Assembly (NCBI GenBank): GCA_964481235.1
Contig: CAYZYH010000004.1
Location: 2,124 to 66,123, forward strand
Origin: an uncultured Candidatus Saccharibacteria bacterium
GTDB taxonomy: Bacteria > Patescibacteriota > Saccharimonadia > CAILAD01 > BJGX01
Length of the DNA: 64,000 nt
Direction of reading: 5' to 3'
Shown here: piece by piece, positions 56,330-64,000 of the stretch
How the letters are laid out: each line of letters begins with the position of its first letter
Numbering within the stretch: the stretch's first letter is position 1
Position numbers and translations under genes: made by a program
Notes under the pieces: model-generated
Databases searched by the model: none
Told to the model about the DNA's origin: nothing
What the model saw: the letters and a program-made list of their open reading frames with translations, nothing else

Positions 56330-57700
56330 ATGTTGGTAATATACAACTCACTAACTAAATCAAAACAACCTTTTAAACCCATACATACTGGTAAGGCTAC
56401 TATTTACTCTTGTGGACCAACTGTTTATGACCACGTTCACATTGGCAACTTAAGAGCATTTATTACCGACGATCTTTTGCAAAGAGTCTTGAGAGATATT
56501 GAGAAACTAAAAGTTACTTGGGTAATGAACATTACAGACATCGACGATAAAATGATAGCTAGAATCAATAAATTAAATACATCAGATGATCCAATGTCTG
56601 CCCTCAATAAACTGGCCGACAAATATACCGATGCATTTATTGATGACATTGAAAGCGTCGGCATTAGACGTGCCGACATAGCTAAGCTACCGCGGGCTAC
56701 CGACCATATTGGGGCCATGCAAGATCTTATAAGAAAGTTATTAGAAGATAAAATTGCCTATATAAGTGATGGTAGTATTTATTTTAGTTTAGAAAAATAC
56801 ATAGCAAGTGGTAAGAAATACGGACAACTAGTTAGCGTAGATTACGAACCTAGGTCTAGAGTAACTGACGACCAAGACCAGAAAGAAGGTGTAAGTGATT
56901 TTGCACTGTGGAAGGCTCAAAAGCCAGGTGAACCAGCTTGGGACTTTATATGGCAAGACGAGAAATATCCAGGTAGACCTGGCTGGCATATAGAATGTTC
57001 GGTAATGAGTACAAAATACTTAGGGCAGCCTTTCGATATTCATACCGGTGGAGTAGATTTGAGGTTTCCACACAACGAAAATGAAATTGCACAGTGTGGG
57101 GGTGTACAAGCAAACTATTTTGTCCATAACGAATTTTTAAACATCAGTGGTGAAAAAATGAGCAAAAGTCTTGGCAATGTTACCGAGCTAAAAAACATGC
57201 CCAACCCGCTAGCCTTTAGACTACTGGTATTACAAGCTCATTACCGAAGCCATATGGATTTTAGTGAGCAAACCTTAAGCTCTGCTCAAGAAAGATTGAG
57301 TAATCTGCAGACCTATGTTGATATGCATATTTTGCGCAGTGCGCCACTTAAAAAATCAGACAACACTGGTGCAACCAAAAAATTCCTTCATGAGTTCACT
57401 CGGGCGCTAGAAGACGATCTCAATACCCCCGCCGCTATAGCAGCCTTTTCGCATATAGAAGGTAAAATTTTTACTCAAGAATCTCTGGCTGCTTTGCGCT
57501 CGGCTGATGATATTTTGGGGCTTAACCTCTTTGGTACCAAACCACTCACCAAGCAAGAACTAGATGTAGTGCATAGCTATGAACTAGCTAGAAAGAGCCA
57601 AGACTATACTAGTTCTGACACACTCCGTAAAGAACTTAAACAAAAATATGGACTGCTAGTAGCCGATACCGATAGTGGCAGTCTAATAAGTCGAATATAG
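56330..57700 (+). CDS. cysS: Cysteinyl-tRNA synthetase
   Basis: Class I HIGH (YSCGPTVYDHVHIGNLRAF) and KMSKS (KMSKSLGN) motifs. Confidence 0.9.
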   Translation: MLVIYNSLTKSKQPFKPIHTGKATIYSCGPTVYDHVHIGNLRAFITDDLLQRVLRDIEKLKVTWVMNITDIDDKMIARINKLNTSDDPMSALNKLADKYTDAFIDDIESVGIRRADIAKLPRATDHIGAMQDLIRKLLEDKIAYISDGSIYFSLEKYIASGKKYGQLVSVDYEPRSRVTDDQDQKEGVSDFALWKAQKPGEPAWDFIWQDEKYPGRPGWHIECSVMSTKYLGQPFDIHTGGVDLRFPHNENEIAQCGGVQANYFVHNEFLNISGEKMSKSLGNVTELKNMPNPLAFRLLVLQAHYRSHMDFSEQTLSSAQERLSNLQTYVDMHILRSAPLKKSDNTGATKKFLHEFTRALEDDLNTPAAIAAFSHIEGKIFTQESLAALRSADDILGLNLFGTKPLTKQELDVVHSYELARKSQDYTSSDTLRKELKQKYGLLVADTDSGSLISRI

Positions 57701-57751
57701 AAAAATAATAGTTATTTCAAAAATCATGGCACTATCAAGTACAATAATATA

Positions 57752-58999
57752 ATGCAACGTATTACAAACTTTTCGTCACAAAAATTATCAGATTACACCA
57801 ACCTAATAGACTCTACTCAGATAAAAAACATTGTAAGTTCCGCAAAAACCCTAAAAGGCAAAAAGATATATGAGATTAACTCAACCGCCGCTGGCGGAGG
57901 AGTGGCCGAACTACTCAACTCTCAATTGCCACTATATAAAGATCTTGGTCTAGATGTTGATTGGTTGGTGTTAGAACCCAACGACGAGTTTTTTAATATT
58001 ACAAAAACCCTACATAATTGTTTACAAGGTATGTGTAGTCCGCCAGATAATGCCGATCTAAATAACTATAGTAAGTACTTATCACAAATCGTTAAAGATA
58101 TTCCGCTAGATGGCGATTTGTATATCTTGCACGATCCTCAAACTTTAGGTTTGGCGCCATTTCTGAAAGAAAAAAAATTGGTATGGCGATGCCATATAGA
58201 TCTAACTCAAGCTGATTCTAATATTTTAAGTTGGGTAACGAAATTCTACAAATATTTCGACAGAATAATATTTTCGTTACAGCAGTATGCTAAAGATGTT
58301 GATAATCAAAAAGTCGCAATAGTACAACCCTCAATAGACCCTTTGAGTAATAAGAACCGGCCCGTAAGCGATCAACTCATCACTCGAATACTCAAACAAA
58401 ACTCTATTGACGGTAATTTACCATATCTATTACAGGTATCTAGGTTTGACAAGTTTAAAGATCCGCTTGGTGTAATTGATATTTTTCATCAAGTACTGAA
58501 GTATCTACCAGATACTCAATTGGTATTAGTTGGTGGTAGCGCTACCGATGATCCTGAGGGTAAAGTATATTATCAAAAAGTTCTTACCAAGACTAAAACG
58601 GTCGACTCTAGTAGAATTAAAATTATTAATAATATAGATGACGTCTCAGTAAATGCTTTACAAAGGGCAGCATCAGTGGTTTTGCAAAACTCAATTAAAG
58701 AGGGTTTTGGTCTAACAGTTACCGAGGCACTCTGGAAGAAAAAAATAGTGTTAAGCCGACCAGTTGGTGGTATTACCGTGCAAATAATTGATGGTAAAAC
58801 AGGATACTATTTGAGCAAAACAAATAAAGAGTCGGCTATGCAAATTGTAGATATTTTAAAAAATATAGGTAATTATAGCGATATTGGTAATAACGCCAAG
58901 TCATTGGTGCGGTCAAAGTTTATTACACCAATAATGTTAGCCGATTACCTTAAGCTATATTTAGATGTGATTAATAATAACCAATCAAAAATAAGTTAA
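57752..58999 (+). CDS. GT4-family glycosyltransferase (trehalose-synthase TreT-like)
   Basis: …INSTAAGGGVAELLNSQL… N-terminal motif. C-terminal GT-B …EGFGLTVTEALWKKKIV…. Confidence 0.6.
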   Translation: MQRITNFSSQKLSDYTNLIDSTQIKNIVSSAKTLKGKKIYEINSTAAGGGVAELLNSQLPLYKDLGLDVDWLVLEPNDEFFNITKTLHNCLQGMCSPPDNADLNNYSKYLSQIVKDIPLDGDLYILHDPQTLGLAPFLKEKKLVWRCHIDLTQADSNILSWVTKFYKYFDRIIFSLQQYAKDVDNQKVAIVQPSIDPLSNKNRPVSDQLITRILKQNSIDGNLPYLLQVSRFDKFKDPLGVIDIFHQVLKYLPDTQLVLVGGSATDDPEGKVYYQKVLTKTKTVDSSRIKIINNIDDVSVNALQRAASVVLQNSIKEGFGLTVTEALWKKKIVLSRPVGGITVQIIDGKTGYYLSKTNKESAMQIVDILKNIGNYSDIGNNAKSLVRSKFITPIMLADYLKLYLDVINNNQSKIS

Positions 59000-59030
59000 A
59001 AACCCAAACCTTTCGGTTTGGGTTTGGTAT
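58998..59030. terminator. Hairpin terminator shared by convergent genes (aaacccaaacc-tttcg-gtttgggttt)
   Basis: Perfect 11-bp stem, seen directly. Confidence 0.6.
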
Positions 59031-59031
59031 G

Positions 59032-59508
59032 TTATCGCTGCTTGTAACGCCTTCGAGCAACGATTCCAACACGATACCTGCTGAAGTAGGGGACGTAGCG
59101 CTCAATGAAGTCAGCTCTAGAGGGTACAATCTCTACCAAAACAAGATCTGGGAGATGCTCAATGAGCTGCTCAAAGTGCTCTACAGAAAAGCTACTGGTG
59201 ATATGTACGCAGTCACGATCTCTTGGAATGGTTGTGACTGCTTCGCGGTACGGGTCCCACTTCCAAATGCCCTTACAGGGTCTTTTTGGTGCCAGGATAA
59301 TGTCTCGCTCTTTTTTAATGTGTTGCTTCTTCTTTTTGCCGTCACCACTACCACTACACTTATCACACCAGCTCTTGGGAACCGGCGGAAAGAAGTGTTC
59401 GCATTCTTCTGGATCTTCGGTATCTAGCTGGATTGTTGCTTGACTGCTAAGTATGTCTGTCAAGACTGCTCCTTGTATGGGCGTTGAAGCAACTTTAATA
59501 TACCACAA
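59032..59508 (-). CDS. Hypothetical Cys/His-containing protein (158 aa). Coding strand uncertain
   Basis: GC-richer DNA with long ORFs on both strands. The minus ORF is longest, has an ATG, and ends at the shared terminator. It contains CDKC…H…C…CVH, a possible zinc-ribbon. Confidence 0.3.
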   Translation of the reverse strand: MWYIKVASTPIQGAVLTDILSSQATIQLDTEDPEECEHFFPPVPKSWCDKCSGSGDGKKKKQHIKKERDIILAPKRPCKGIWKWDPYREAVTTIPRDRDCVHITSSFSVEHFEQLIEHLPDLVLVEIVPSRADFIERYVPYFSRYRVGIVARRRYKQR

Positions 59509-59535
59509 TACAACAGTTATGTAAATACTTATAGT

Positions 59536-60099
59536 CTATTGTTTTGAACTGAAAAACTGTAAGAAATTATTATCTTTACTCAGTAGATTAGTTTCTTCTT
59601 GGCACCAGGGCGTGAACTCGGTAGTCTTGTCGCTTTGAGTACTAAAAGTAAGCCAGTCTACCCACCTTGTATTCATTACCTCTTCTGTATTGGGGGTGGG
59701 TTGAGAATTGTGTCTAACCACCATTACTGGGCAAAACTCATTTTCAACTACACCTTGGCGTTCGGCGCGGTATCTGTAGTTAGGAAAGATATTTATAATA
59801 CTTTGTTTATCAACATCTATACCAAGCTCGTACTTTAGTCTACGTACAGCAGCTTGTTCTACATCCTCATCGGGCAAAGGATGACCACAGCAAGTATTAC
59901 TCCATACTCCGGGCCAGGTGATTTTCTGCATAGAACGCTGTTGCAAGAGTACTTCTCCCTTGTCATTAAACAAAAAAACCGAAAAACCTCTATGTAACGG
60001 AGTGCTTTTAGTGTGTACAGTAGCTTTTTCAGTAAGCCCAATTGGAGTATTGCTTTCGTCAACTAAAATTACCGGCTCTTTATAGGTGGTTGTATTCAT
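59536..60099 (-). CDS. idi: Isopentenyl-diphosphate delta-isomerase, type 1 (Nudix)
   Basis: …HRGFSVFLFNDKGEVLLQQRS…KITWPGVWSNTCCGHPLPDE… is the IDI-1 signature. Confidence 0.85.
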   Translation of the reverse strand: MNTTTYKEPVILVDESNTPIGLTEKATVHTKSTPLHRGFSVFLFNDKGEVLLQQRSMQKITWPGVWSNTCCGHPLPDEDVEQAAVRRLKYELGIDVDKQSIINIFPNYRYRAERQGVVENEFCPVMVVRHNSQPTPNTEEVMNTRWVDWLTFSTQSDKTTEFTPWCQEETNLLSKDNNFLQFFSSKQ

Positions 60100-60147
60100 A
60101 TGCTACATTTTATACTTTGATTTGTCGCCATACAAGTTAATTATTTA

Positions 60148-60182
60148 ATGTAAAACCCCCGCTAGCAAAGCTAGCGAGGGTT
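60148..60182 (-). terminator. Intrinsic terminator on the minus strand at the 3' end of the GC-rich noncoding transcript
   Basis: Minus strand reads cccucgcuagc-uuu-gcuagcggggg followed by UUUU. Confidence 0.65.
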
Positions 60183-60880
60183 GAGTGGGGTTGTGAGAGA
60201 GTTAGGTCAGGCTCTCCCGATGCCGTCTTCATACCACGCCTGCGAAGCGTAGACAGCTTTGACCGTACATCACTGGTTTTACCCAATGTGGAGCTCTACG
60301 CCCCAGATCTAGTATGAGATCTTTATCCCCAAATCGTCTTCTTGATCTCTGCGCTGGCCGGCGCTTCGATCATGTCTAGGTGGTTATCCTAGACTTCCTT
60401 TTTACAAACACTCTGCTTCCCACGCAGTGTGCTCTTAAGGAATGGCCCTACGACGATTTAGTTTCCCACGCTTTCCATTCAACAGGTATGTTGATTGGTC
60501 TCCAATAACAGGCGCGTGAGTGGTCTTGGCACCCAGCCTTGCGAGCTGAGAGCTGTTCCACCTGCCTTTTCCGACTTTCATGAGTTGGCGCTCAATCAGT
60601 CACTAACTACCTTTGCCCCACCAAGGACTCGGCCTCTACTATTTCGCGTTTGGTCCCCCAAAAGGGCGCTACGTAGGTAGAGTGGAGATCTGGATAAGGA
60701 CAATGTCCCAACCCTGCGTGCACCCGGAGACAGGTGCTTTACGCATATCGACTCTCACGAGTCTGTCGGGCACTCCACAGCCCTGTTGTAAATTACTAAA
60801 AGTGTTAATAAATTACAACAGAACTGCAGGGTGGTTAGTTAATTATTTTATAAGGTGCAAAACTTCTGTTTTGTTTCTAC
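60150..60880 (-). ncRNA. Large GC-rich structured noncoding RNA candidate (~730 nt). Possibly RNase P RNA with extra sequence, or an unclassified large ncRNA
   Basis: About 750 nt with no ORF ≥60 aa on the minus strand and GC well above the flanks. Minus-strand σ70-like promoter at 60916-60888 (ttgact-17-taagat) and intrinsic terminator at 60148-60182. Weak RNase P-like motifs in order on the minus strand (GAAAGUCGG…GGCAGG…GGGUGCCAAG…GAAAGCGUGGGAAAC…ACGCUUCG). No match to rRNA, tRNA-like or SRP signatures by eye. Confidence 0.35.
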
Positions 60881-60887
60881 AAATACC

Positions 60888-60916
60888 ATCTTAGCAGAGT
60901 ACCAATAAAAAGTCAA
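60888..60916 (-). promoter_or_regulatory. Sigma-70-like promoter on the minus strand (ttgact-17 nt-taagat) driving the GC-rich ncRNA
   Basis: Seen on the reverse complement of 60888-60916. Confidence 0.4.
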
Positions 60917-61046
60917 TAGTCTTTGACAAAAAAGTTTTAAAATTACTGATTTTCTCGATATAAGATTATAGTATGTTAAAAACATAAGCATAATAGTGTC
61001 ATATTTTACTAACATATTCTGTAGCTATATAAAAACTCCCTCTAAA

Positions 61047-61697
61047 TCAAGAAGGAGTGGGGTTAAAACTACGGCCCATATTGGACCAAGGGTCGTTTTT
61101 ACTGAGTGGAAACTCATAAAACACTCGAGCACTCCACATATCGCAGGTATGGCAAAAAACCGCCAGCGGTGACATAGTACGAGCATTTGGAGAGTAGTCT
61201 TTATCTCTAATGCCTTCAACAAAGTGTAATGCATGCCAATGTGCGTCACTTAGCTCTATCTCGTACTCGGTAATGAGTCGCTTTTTGAATAATTCGCGGT
61301 TTGCCTTGCTTTCCATATTTGGTGCTATTAAGAATTTGCCATCTTGGCTGGTCTCTATAGAGCCATCATAATCAAGCTGTATTCGCCAGGCCTTCTCAAT
61401 ATCGTGCAAGAACAGCACCACAAGAGCATCAGACAAACTAAATTGTTCATCAACAGGTAGTAAACTCATACGCCCAGTGAAGGCGATAAAACGAAAAAGT
61501 TGTACCGCTAGGTTCATTACTTCTAGTACGTGGTCTAGGTATCCACCTCGCCAGGCTTGATGATTATGTGTAGAGCCTGGAGAGTTTTTAATACGCCAGT
61601 TGTTATCACTCAATACTTGCTGTAGACGGGCCCTATATGGCTCATCAATCATCGCCAGAAGTTCTTCTATGTCGTGGTAGGTTAGAGATTTACTCAT
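61047..61697 (-). CDS. HD-domain metal-dependent phosphohydrolase
   Basis: H…HD motifs (…GGYLDHVLEVMNL… and …VLFLHDIEK…) as in YfbR-type HD hydrolases. Confidence 0.6.
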   Translation of the reverse strand: MSKSLTYHDIEELLAMIDEPYRARLQQVLSDNNWRIKNSPGSTHNHQAWRGGYLDHVLEVMNLAVQLFRFIAFTGRMSLLPVDEQFSLSDALVVLFLHDIEKAWRIQLDYDGSIETSQDGKFLIAPNMESKANRELFKKRLITEYEIELSDAHWHALHFVEGIRDKDYSPNARTMSPLAVFCHTCDMWSARVFYEFPLSKNDPWSNMGRSFNPTPS

Positions 61698-61809
61698 TTT
61701 TGCCTATCTTTTGTAGGTACTTTAAAAACTTAGTATATCGCAAAAATTTTGCAAAATAAAACCCCGCAAATATTCTGAAATTTATCAGATTTTGCGGGGA
61801 TGTGGTGTG

Positions 61810-62226
61810 TTACCACCTAATAACGTTGCGACCATTGTGGAGTACGCCATGTGTTGGTCCCCAGAAACAATCAATGGCAAAGTTCTTGGGTGTAGAATAG
61901 CCATTAAGACCAAACCAACTTAGCAAAATATCTTCTACCAAACGGCTGACCTTTTTGCGTTGTTTTTTACTTAACCCAGATTCGCTAAACTGCACCACCA
62001 CCCAAACGCTTGGTATATTTACATCTTGTTGGTGAAACTTGTGGTGAGCGACCTGTACAGCAGCTTCTGGGGTATCGGCGTCTAGCCGTAGTTTCTTAGA
62101 ATTTGCAACAAATAGTGCCGGCAAATCTTGAGCAAAGTCAACCATCATTTGCTTACCAACGCTGCCACCACCAACCTGTTGGGTGGGGTGAAAGCGTGGC
62201 TTAGTAGTAATACTAATCAGTGGCAA
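61810..62226 (-). CDS. Tautomerase/MIF-superfamily protein, TTG start giving N-terminal Met-Pro
   Basis: AAGGAG sits 7 nt upstream of a TTG. Translation from there begins MPLISITTKP…, the Pro1 signature of the tautomerase/MIF superfamily. The annotated upstream ATG (62298) would add 24 residues without an RBS. Confidence 0.45.
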   Translation of the reverse strand: MPLISITTKPRFHPTQQVGGGSVGKQMMVDFAQDLPALFVANSKKLRLDADTPEAAVQVAHHKFHQQDVNIPSVWVVVQFSESGLSKKQRKKVSRLVEDILLSWFGLNGYSTPKNFAIDCFWGPTHGVLHNGRNVIRW

Positions 62227-62401
62227 GTATAAACTCCTTTTGAGGTACGACTGGTTTACAGTATTCACTCTAGTAGAATGATTATGCGATAATACCACTT
62301 AATCTTTACAAAATCAAGGATTGTTTACAAAATAAATAGCGCCTTTAGGATATTCCTAAAGGCGCAGTTTTTAGAGTAGATTATACTCTGGTTTGAAGGG
62401 A

Positions 62402-62644
62402 CTAACCCCAGCAGCTACCACAGCCACTTGCTTGCAAGTGGGTTAGGCGTAGAGCCAATTTTCTTGCCCGTCGATTCGCCTCATCCTCTTCAACAGTCTC
62501 ATCTGCTTCTAGGATTTCGTCGATTTCATCAAGCAATCTATCGGTCTCTGCCAAGTCGTGTGCCTCGTCTGAGCGTTTTGGGGTTTCAACTACTTCGGTA
62601 TCTTCTCGCGGGCGAGATTCGCGCCGCTTGAGCACACTACCCAC
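62402..62644 (-). CDS. Small acidic protein with Pup-like helix motif and C-terminal SGCGSCWG
   Basis: …AETDRLLDEIDEILEADETVEEDE… matches the Pup helix TDDLLDEIDDVLEENAEDF at about 12/20 positions, but ends …ASGCGSCWG instead of GGQ/GGE. Paralogous to the ORF at 63809-64000. Confidence 0.45.
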   Translation of the reverse strand: MGSVLKRRESRPREDTEVVETPKRSDEAHDLAETDRLLDEIDEILEADETVEEDEANRRARKLALRLTHLQASGCGSCWG

Positions 62645-62722
62645 TTGGATACCTCCTATCTCAAGCTGAGTTGAGTGGTATTATACATGGTTATGTATAA
62701 TAAATCAAACCCTCGTTAGCTA

Positions 62723-63226
62723 CTACGGGGTAGGTGAGAGGTCGTCTCCTAGGAGCATGTCGAACCCGCCACCGTCACCACCAAGCAGGCGTGCCAGTGG
62801 TGAGTCTACGTTCATCTTAGGGACGATACTCATGTCGTCCTCCAGGCTTCTGTACGCTCGACTTGCCGCAACATCTACGGCATAACCAGCAAAGTTGTTC
62901 ATCACCGAGGATGCCACAACAGCCTGGACCAGCTTGGGCGTGATCTCCAGCTCGAGGGTAACCTCTACGCGAAGCTCAACTCGGTATCCAAGAAGCTCTT
63001 GTACATAAAGCGTCTCAACAACAGTACTGCCTTCGGCCAGCTCATACTTGAGGTCGAGATGGTTCAGAGAGGGGATGAGTGGCGAGGTGACAGCCTGGAC
63101 AGCTTCCTTGAGCATGTCGTCCATCATGAACCCATCGTTTTCATCACCAATCATTTCTTCGGCAACAACAACCAAGTTGACGTTGACAGTTCCCTTCGAG
63201 AAGGGGTAACTCATAGCCAGTTGCAT
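62723..63226 (-). CDS. Hypothetical protein (167 aa), acidic C-terminal Gly/Asp-rich tail
   Basis: Intact ORF in the GC-rich island (…RVELRVEVTLELEITPKLVQAVVASSVMNNFAGYAVDV…GGDGGGFDMLLGDD). No family recognised. Confidence 0.4.
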   Translation of the reverse strand: MQLAMSYPFSKGTVNVNLVVVAEEMIGDENDGFMMDDMLKEAVQAVTSPLIPSLNHLDLKYELAEGSTVVETLYVQELLGYRVELRVEVTLELEITPKLVQAVVASSVMNNFAGYAVDVAASRAYRSLEDDMSIVPKMNVDSPLARLLGGDGGGFDMLLGDDLSPTP

Positions 63227-63479
63227 GTCTTGCTCCTTTACCTATCCAGGGCAGACAATTACCCACTTACCTGTAGTGCACTTTATTTATGCATACAAGA
63301 TAGGCTTACAAAACACAACATAATATGTTCTAAAAGCCTATCTCGCGCACATATTGAATTTTTAAAAATCATACAGTTTCGTCTTTTTTAGACTCATCAG
63401 GCTGAATACACATTCAGCGACTGCACCAGTTCTTTTCATGAGTGAACTGGCAATATCTCGTTGTTTTTACTATGAAAAT

Positions 63480-63821
63480 CTAGTTGGGCTCGGCAATTAC
63501 TGCGATAGATCTAAATATTAGGCCCGACATAACTGCAGCCAGAGCTACAATCATCATGGCCGAAACAAATAGATCTAGCACCAGTAGATCAGAATCTACC
63601 ACTCTTGGCTGGTAGATGGCTACTGCCGCAAAAGCCAACCAGTGGCTAGTACAGTAAGGGCAACTAAGCAGTTCACCAAACCATTCGTTATGGGCTTTTA
63701 CCCACAAGCGCAACGTCTTGGTTACCTTGGTCTTGGTAATAGTCATCGACATTGCCGAGACCGCCAAGGCTAGCATAACTACACTAACCACTTGAGTGGA
63801 GAGATCGTTCAATCCCAACAC
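63480..63821 (-). CDS. Small membrane protein with glutaredoxin-like CPYC motif (DUF1360-like)
   Basis: Three hydrophobic helices. …LLSCPYCTSHWLAF… sits between helices 1 and 2. Overlaps the upstream small Pup-like ORF by 13 nt. Confidence 0.4.
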   Translation of the reverse strand: MLGLNDLSTQVVSVVMLALAVSAMSMTITKTKVTKTLRLWVKAHNEWFGELLSCPYCTSHWLAFAAVAIYQPRVVDSDLLVLDLFVSAMMIVALAAVMSGLIFRSIAVIAEPN

Positions 63822-64000
63822 CCACAGCCACTACGCTTGGTGGGTTCAGTTGTCATTGTGCTGTTGAGAGCACGATCAATGGCATCAAGCGCACTATCAA
63901 CCTCAGGGACTTCCTCACGGACGTCCTCAAGGTCTTCAAATGTGCTATTGCTACCATTATCTCTAGGCTTACGGGTACGACGCGTGTCGAAAATCGACAT
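63809..64000 (-). CDS. Small acidic protein, paralog of 62402-62644 (Pup-like helix, C-terminal SGCGCWD). ATG at window edge
   Basis: …VPEVDSALDAIDRAL… and C-terminal …KRSGCGCWD share architecture and C-terminal motif with the other small ORF. N-terminus also Arg/Lys-rich. Confidence 0.4.
   Translation of the reverse strand: MSIFDTRRTRKPRDNGSNSTFEDLEDVREEVPEVDSALDAIDRALNSTMTTEPTKRSGCGCWD

Noticed and set aside
60495-60894. Plus-strand ORFs 60495-60680 and 60613-60894 inside the GC-rich block
   Set aside because: Short, overlapping, no RBS, and Arg/Pro-rich as expected for random GC-rich sequence. Better explained by the structured RNA.
60140-60900. Possibility that the GC-rich block is an rRNA fragment (16S/23S/5S) or a one-piece tmRNA
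   Set aside because: Checked by eye for universal 16S motifs (GTGCCAGCAGCCGCGGTAA, GGATTAGATACCC), the 23S sarcin-ricin and PTC motifs, the 5S sequence and a tRNA-like TΨC/acceptor-CCA end on both strands. None is present, so it is kept as an unclassified ncRNA.
1-64000. CRISPR arrays, rRNA operons, transposase/IS elements
   Set aside because: No regularly spaced direct repeats, no rRNA-like sequence and no DDE/HUH transposase ORFs were found. The only mobile-element evidence is the serine-recombinase element at tRNA-Trp.
1-64000. Alternative genetic code (UGA recoding, as in Gracilibacteria/Absconditabacteria)
   Set aside because: Conserved genes such as purD, glyA, cysS, dnaB and crtI are full-length with standard stops, and TGA terminates several well-defined genes. 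The standard code (table 11) fits.

Overview
The window is an AT-rich, gene-dense bacterial chromosome segment. Gene content points to a small-genome Patescibacteria/Saccharibacteria-type organism: type IV pilus genes, ribosomal proteins with extensions, sparse metabolism, standard genetic code.

Housekeeping blocks:
- rpoA(partial)-rplQ-rplM-rpsI
- secE-nusG-rplKAJL
- dnaX-dnaB, recR/ybaB, cysS, purD
- four tRNAs: Thr, Thr, Tyr, Trp

Notable non-housekeeping content:
1. An integrative element at tRNA-Trp (about 7.8-12 kb, possibly extending to about 16.2 kb). It carries a large serine recombinase whose 3' end reads antisense through the tRNA, a Rep-like protein, a SpoVG homolog, an excisionase-family HTH protein, and possible cargo (DsbA, CDF metal exporter, UppP).
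2. A type IV pilus locus (pilB-pilC, four pseudopilins including a 595-aa giant, pilA).
3. A complete, actinobacterial-style C50-type carotenoid cluster: a CrtEb-like UbiA prenyltransferase fused to a GT2 glycosyltransferase, a split lycopene-cyclase-domain pair, crtI, a GGPP-synthase-type gene and crtB. An ECF sigma/anti-sigma pair flanks it, and an idi gene lies about 24 kb away.
4. A folate/thymidylate module (dCMP-deaminase-like, DHFR fused to a GalT/HIT-like domain, GC-rich thyA, glyA).
5. A four-gene membrane glycosylation cluster (GtrA-GT39-GT2-GT39).
6. A terminal GC-rich island (about 59-64 kb). It contains a roughly 730-nt promoter-to-terminator structured ncRNA candidate (weak RNase P-like motifs), an HD hydrolase, and a TTG-start tautomerase-superfamily protein. 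It also holds two paralogous small acidic proteins with a Pup-like 'LLDEIDxxLE' helix and a conserved C-terminal Cys-Gly-x-Cys-Trp motif, and a membrane protein with a CPYC motif.

No CRISPR array or rRNA was seen.
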